Below, piece after piece: positions 58,281 to 64,000 of a stretch of 64,000 bases of DNA. The translations under genes and the position numbers were made by a program. Where the stretch lies: the NCBI GenBank assembly GCA_012295275.1, contig CM022679.1, positions 1,178,001 through 1,242,000 on the forward strand. The letters are read 5' to 3'. The DNA comes from Chrysomallon squamiferum. Lineage: Eukaryota; Animalia; Mollusca. Position 1 is the first letter of the stretch. The number at the start of each line of letters is the position of its first letter. The notes beneath the pieces were generated by a model that was not told the DNA's origin, ran no database searches, and saw only the letters and a program-made list of their open reading frames with translations.

Positions 58281-59102
58281 GTGAGTAATGTTTAACTTGA
58301 GTAAAACAATGTTAAACAATAACTATTACACTGTACTACTTTCAGTTTTTGATGTTTCTTTCCTAATGCAATGTTAAACAAAAACTATTACAATGTACTA
58401 CTTTCAATGTTTGACGTTTCTTTTCTAATACAACTATGTTTCATGTACATGAAATTGCTTTTTTCTTTTCTTTTCTTTATTATTTATATATTATTATCGT
58501 TATATATATATATATGTATGTATGTATTTCAATTCAAAATACATAGTTGTGTGTCATCGTGCAGTTTCAGCTAGAGCGCCACTAAAGTGTGTTCTGTTAG
58601 CCAATACCTAGTGACTGGATCACACCTTTATACATGGATCATTTGGATAGGAAAAAACACACACACAAAAAAAACTATATAATATAAAAAAAAACAAGAA
58701 AAACCAACAGCAAAAAAACAAACAAACAAGCAAGTGGACTGTTAATATCACACAACTCTCAGTGGATCGTTTGGATCACACACACACTGTAAGTGGATCG
58801 TTTGGATCACACACTCTCTCAGTGCGTCATGGAGGTGTATGTGATCCACCAGTTTGTCTTTGCTGCGTGCTGGATGAGAGATTTGAGTAATTAGGTAAAA
58901 CAGGAGTAGGTAATTTGGCATGAAAGAACAAGAAGAGTAAACACATCAAAGACGACATTGGAGAGAACGACTCTATCGATTATCAGCTTGCAGCTATTTC
59001 ACAGCGTTTTGTTACCATGGAGACAAATGTACTGTGAAATGAAAAGAAATTGTTACGCACAGAGGTGTGGAGGGAAACCCCAGACAACTTTTTGAACTAG
59101 AT

Positions 59103-59460
59103 ACAACAACAACAACAGCAGCAACAACAACATCAACAATAATTACAATAATAACAAAAACAACAACAACAATAATAATAATAACAAAAGCAACATCAAC
59201 AAAACAACAACAACAAAACAACAACAACAACAATAATAATAATAACAACAAAAACAACAACAACAACAGCAACAACAAAACAACAACAACAATAATAATA
59301 ATAACAACAATAACTAATTATAATAATAATAATAAAAGTAATAATAATAATAACTAATAATAACAGTAATAACAGTAATAATAATTAATATTATAATGAC
59401 AATACTACTACTGCTACTAATAATATCAATAATAGTAATAATAGTAATAATAATAGTAAA
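59103..59460. repeat. (AAC)n/(AAT)n repeat
   Basis: caacaacaa / taataataa runs. Confidence 0.9.
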
Positions 59461-60044
59461 AAACAAAACACTACCATGTTTTGCTATAATTAAAAGTAAG
59501 ATGTGCCTATTTTTAAGGTTTAAAACGTCTTGTATGTTTTTGCCTTAATAAGTTTTCAGGGTCGCGTTGTTGTGTTTCTGCCACCTTCAGAAATCTATTA
59601 CCAATAATCAATGACTGAAAATTACAGTTTCTTCCTAATTTACCACTTGAACGCTGCAGTGACTTTGTTGTTTACACCACCAGTTCAACTGGTACTCTGC
59701 CTTCATTGAGTAAAAACTCAATATACATACATACATTGAGTAAAATCTCAGTAATACATTAGATCAAAAACAAAATACAAGTATAGACACACAAACACAC
59801 ATACTGAATAAAAAGTATACATTACTTCACACTCATGCATACACTGAGCAAAAACTATTACACATATACAATGAGTAAAAGCTCAATATACAACACAAAC
59901 ATTGAGCAAAAAAATCAATAAAAGATAGTAAAACTCAGTATTTAATGCATATACTGAGTAAAGAGTCTAATTATTCACACATTGATCACAGAACTGAAGT
60001 GAAGAACGGTTATTTTATGCTCTGCACATGAAATATAACTGATA

Positions 60045-62015
60045 TCACACACATGACTAGACAGTTCTACTGAAGGGAGGTAATGTTAACTGTAAAATAT
60101 GACAGAAATAACACACTTGACTAGAGAGATCTACTGAAAAGAGGTAATGTTGACTGAAATAATCTGAGAGATGTAACACACATGACTAGAAAGATCTACT
60201 GAAAAGAGGTAATGTTGACTGTAAAATATGACAGAAATAACACACTTGACTAGAGAGTTCTACTGAAGGGAGGTAATGTTGTTGACTGTAAAATACAGAA
60301 GAGATAACACACATGACTAGAGAATTCTACTGAAGGGAGGTAATGTTGTTGACTGTAAAATACAGAAGAGATATAACACAAATGACTAGAGAATTCTACT
60401 GAAGGGAGGTAATGTTGTTGACTGTAAGATATGACAGAAATAACACACTTGACTATAGAGTTCTACTGAAGGAAGGTAAAGTTGTTGACTGTAAAATACG
60501 AGAGAGATAACACACATGACTAGAAAGATCTAGTGAAAAGAGGTAATGTTGTTGACTGTAAAATACGAGAGAGATAACACACATGACTAGAAAGATCTAG
60601 TGAAAAGAGGTAATGTTGTTGACTGTAAAATACGAGAGAGAGATAACACACATGACTAGAAAGATCTAGTGAAAAGAGGTAATGTTGTTGACTGTAAAAT
60701 ACGAGAGAGATAACACACATGACTAGAAAGATCTAGTGAAAAGAGGTAATGTTGTTGACTGTAAAATACGAGAGAGATAACACATGACTAGAAAGATCTA
60801 GTGAAAAGAGGTAATGTTGTTGACTGATACACATGACTAGAGAGTTCTACTGAAGGGAGGTAAAGTTGTTGACTGTAAAATACAAGAGAGATAACACACA
60901 TGACTAGAAAGATCTAGTGAAAAGAGGTAATGTTGTTGACTGTAAAATACGAGAGAGATATAACACATGACTAGAAAGATCTAGTGAAAAGAGGTAATGT
61001 TGTTGACTGTAAAATACGAGAGAGATAACACACATGACTAGAAAGATCTAGTGAAAAGAGGTAATGTTGTTGACTGTAAAATACGAGAGAGATAACACAC
61101 ATGACTAGAAAGATCTAGTGAAAAGAGGTAATGTTGTTGACTGTAAAATACGAGAGAGATAACACACATGACTAGAAAGATCTAGTGAAAAGAGGTAATG
61201 TTGTTGACTGTAAAATACGAGAGAGATAACACACATGACTAGAAAGATCTAGTGAAAAGAGGTAATGTTGTTGACTGTAAAATACGAGAGAGATAACACA
61301 CATGACTAGAAAGATCTAGTGAAAAGAGGTAATGTTGTTGACTGTAAAATACGAGAGAGATAACACATGACTAGAAAGATCTAGTGAAAAGAGGTAATGT
61401 TGTTGACTGTAAAATACGAGAGATACACATGACTAGAGAGTTCTACTGAAGGGAGGTAAAGTTGTTGACTGTAAAATACAAGAGAGATAACACACATGAC
61501 TAGAAAGATCTAGTGAAAAGAGGTAATGTTGTTGACTGTAAAATACGAGAGATATAACACACTTGACTAGAAAGATCTAGTGAAAAGAGGTAATGTTGTT
61601 GACTGTAAAATACGAGAGAGATAACACATGACTAGAAAGATCTAGTGAAAAGAGGTAATGTTGTTGACTGTAAAATACGAGAGAGATAACACACATGACT
61701 AGAAAGATCTAGTGAAAAGAGGTAATGTTGTTGACTGTAAAATACGAGAGATACACATGACTAGAGAGTTCTACTGAAGGGAGGTAAAGTTGTTGACTGT
61801 AAAATACAAGAGAGATAACACACATGACTAGAAAGATCTAGTGAAAAGAGGTAATGTTGTTGACTGTAAAATACGAGAGATATAACACACTTGACTAGAA
61901 AGATCTAGTGAAAAGAGGTAATGTTGTTGACTAAAATACAAGAGATATAACACAAATGACTAAAAAGTTCTACTGAAGGGAGGTAATGTTGTTGACTGAA
62001 ATACGAGAGATATCG
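60045..62015. repeat. ~67-bp satellite, ~29 copies with higher-order structure
   Basis: gactagaaagatctagtgaaaagaggtaatgttgttgactgtaaaatacgagagagataacacacat (60518 to 60585 = 67 bp). Confidence 0.95.
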
Positions 62016-62758
62016 CACACATTCTGGTCAGGTACGGCACAGTTAATCAGACACTGATTTTATTCATTGCTTTCTCTCTCTGACTGCTCTCTCAGTATCA
62101 GTTAATTTGTTGGGACATTCACCCAACACGATCAGTTTCACCCATTCCAAACATCACAGTAATACGATCATTTTTCTTCTCTTTTTTTTTCAATTCCAAA
62201 CATCATAAGTTAATTTCAGCAAGCTTGTGAAAGTTTTTTTTTCCCCCTATCTAGTCAGTGCCTCATTTATATGGGTATGCTGTTAATAACATAATATTTT
62301 TTTTTTATTATCATCATTTTTTTTTTTTTTCTTTTTCTTTCTTTTTTTTTTTTTTTTTTTTTTTTTAAGAGTTAATTGAGTTCATCATACAAAATATTAG
62401 CACAATTTAGAGATTGTGTTATCTTTGCCTGCAGATCTTACTTCACACCTGTCTGTGTAGAACTAAAACTACATTTCCTACCTCATCTATTACACAACTC
62501 ATTACATCCATACCTCTGACTGAGAGTGGAGAACAAACCCCCCACGCCTCTTTTCATAAACCTGTACTCACTCACCTGTAAATATTAACTTTTATATGCT
62601 AGGATATTCCTCCTACTCCTCCTCCTCCTCATCATCATCATCATCACATTCTTCTTATTATTATTATTATTATGAAATCATTTTATATATAGTGTATTTT
62701 TAAATTTAATGCAAGTGTGTTTTCTATTTCTTTTCTAAGATAAATGTAGAATAAAAAG

Positions 62759-62837
<79 letters not shown>

Positions 62838-62933
62838 TGCACTTTAACACATTGTACTAAAACGTAACACTTTGTTGCAGTTAGTCAAACAAAACACTGT
62901 ATCTTATTATTACACATTTTTCTGTTTTCACAG

Positions 62934-63112
62934 AAAACATCTGCAGAGATCAAAAACACTGCCCGTCATTGACGTCCCCAACAACCTCAACACCACGTCG
63001 ACAACCACGACAACCAACACGCTTCACGTCCGCGATGGATTAGTACACAGGAAATTTTCTGCTCCCGGGGAGATTAATGAGAGAGAAGGACTCCAAGGCT
63101 CCCCGAAACTAA
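62934..63112 (+). CDS. Shared internal coding exon (KHLQRSKTLPVIDVPNN...VHRKFSAPGEINEREGLQGSPKL), unidentified gene continuing beyond the window
   Basis: ttttctgttttcacag acceptor (phase 2), A|gtaagt donor (phase 1), GC-richer open frame with basophilic kinase-type motifs RSKT and RKFS. Confidence 0.8.
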
Positions 63113-63446
63113 GTAAGTGACTCGCAAAACTGATTACACGCTTTTAACTTTTCTTCTTCACTGACGACAGCTTCTAGAAAAATGTCAGCGCAAAGGTTGC
63201 TTTTTTTTGTTTTTTTTTTTAAATTTTAAAGAGATATGGAAGTGGAAGATTTTCTTTAGTTATTTGAACATTTTTAAATTAATGATGATAATGATAATGA
63301 TGATAAAGCAAATTAATGAATTTTAAATATGCTTGAAATTATCAAAATTAATAATTTTGAGAAATTTTCACGTCGAAAAAGTTTGAAAATGATATGATAA
63401 GTCACTAAATGTAATTTTTTTTTCTTTTCTTTATTTTTTTCTTCTT

Positions 63447-63477
<31 letters not shown>

Positions 63478-64000
63478 TTATTATTATTATTATTATTATA
63501 ATTATTATTATTATAATTATTATTATCATTATTATTATTATTTAAGTAAGAATAAAATTTATCAAATTAATTTGAATTAAAAGCACAAAATGTTATTATA
63601 ATAAAGCCAATATTTCAGAAATTATTTAGTGGTAATGTAATAATAATAATTTGTAAAAAACGGAGTTTCCTGATTGCAGTTATGGATTTAAGGAACAATT
63701 TTCTCTGACCTATTTGAGAAGTAATAAAATAAATTGTCTAATCTAACCTGAGGGAAGAAACACAAATCAATAAAGAAAAAAAAAGAAAAGAAAAATTTCA
63801 GTAACCCAATAGTAAATGATTAAAAAAAAAAAATAAAAAAAATAGTAATAATAATAATAATAGTAATTCTATTACTGCTACTACTACTACTACTACTACT
63901 ACTGATAATAATAATAATAAATAAAAAATAAATAAAAATAATAAGAAGAAATGGTTTAATTTTAAATATTCTTTTTAAATATAATCAAACTATATAGAAC

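Noticed and set aside
58752-58830. Faint resemblance to the 5' end of 5.8S rRNA (caactctcagtggatc...gtgcgtc)
   Set aside because: Only short scattered matches within a local duplication; the rest of 5.8S is absent.
60045-62015. CRISPR-like regular repeats (also 537-1762 and 13221-13776)
   Set aside because: Head-to-tail units without unique spacers, eukaryotic context, no cas genes.
62872-63120. Assigning a gene name from RKFSAPG / RSKTLP
   Set aside because: Short phospho-type motifs occur in many unrelated proteins; no domain is visible in this window.

Overview
AT-rich, microsatellite-dense animal genomic DNA (invertebrate, mollusc-like by composition and repeat style; the organism is inference). 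Positions 373-18836 on the minus strand hold a complete 15-exon unkempt (UNK) gene that I assembled by hand. All its introns are GT-AG with matching phases, giving a 2487-nt CDS / 828 aa with tandem CCCH zinc fingers, a coiled coil and a C3HC4 RING. From about 24.3 kb to the window end, on the plus strand, lies the 5' part of an unidentified gene. It has several candidate alternative first coding exons, all ending in phase 2, which can join a shared exon at 62934-63112. The most striking pattern is that several minisatellite arrays are built from copies of real exon-intron junctions: the unk last-exon acceptor, exon-4 donor and exon-7 acceptor, plus two donors of the plus-strand gene. These form runs of AG|GT decoy splice sites, and using them would bring in an in-frame stop. 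At the unk last exon this would give a RING-less isoform. Most ORFs in the supplied track are simple-repeat artefacts.
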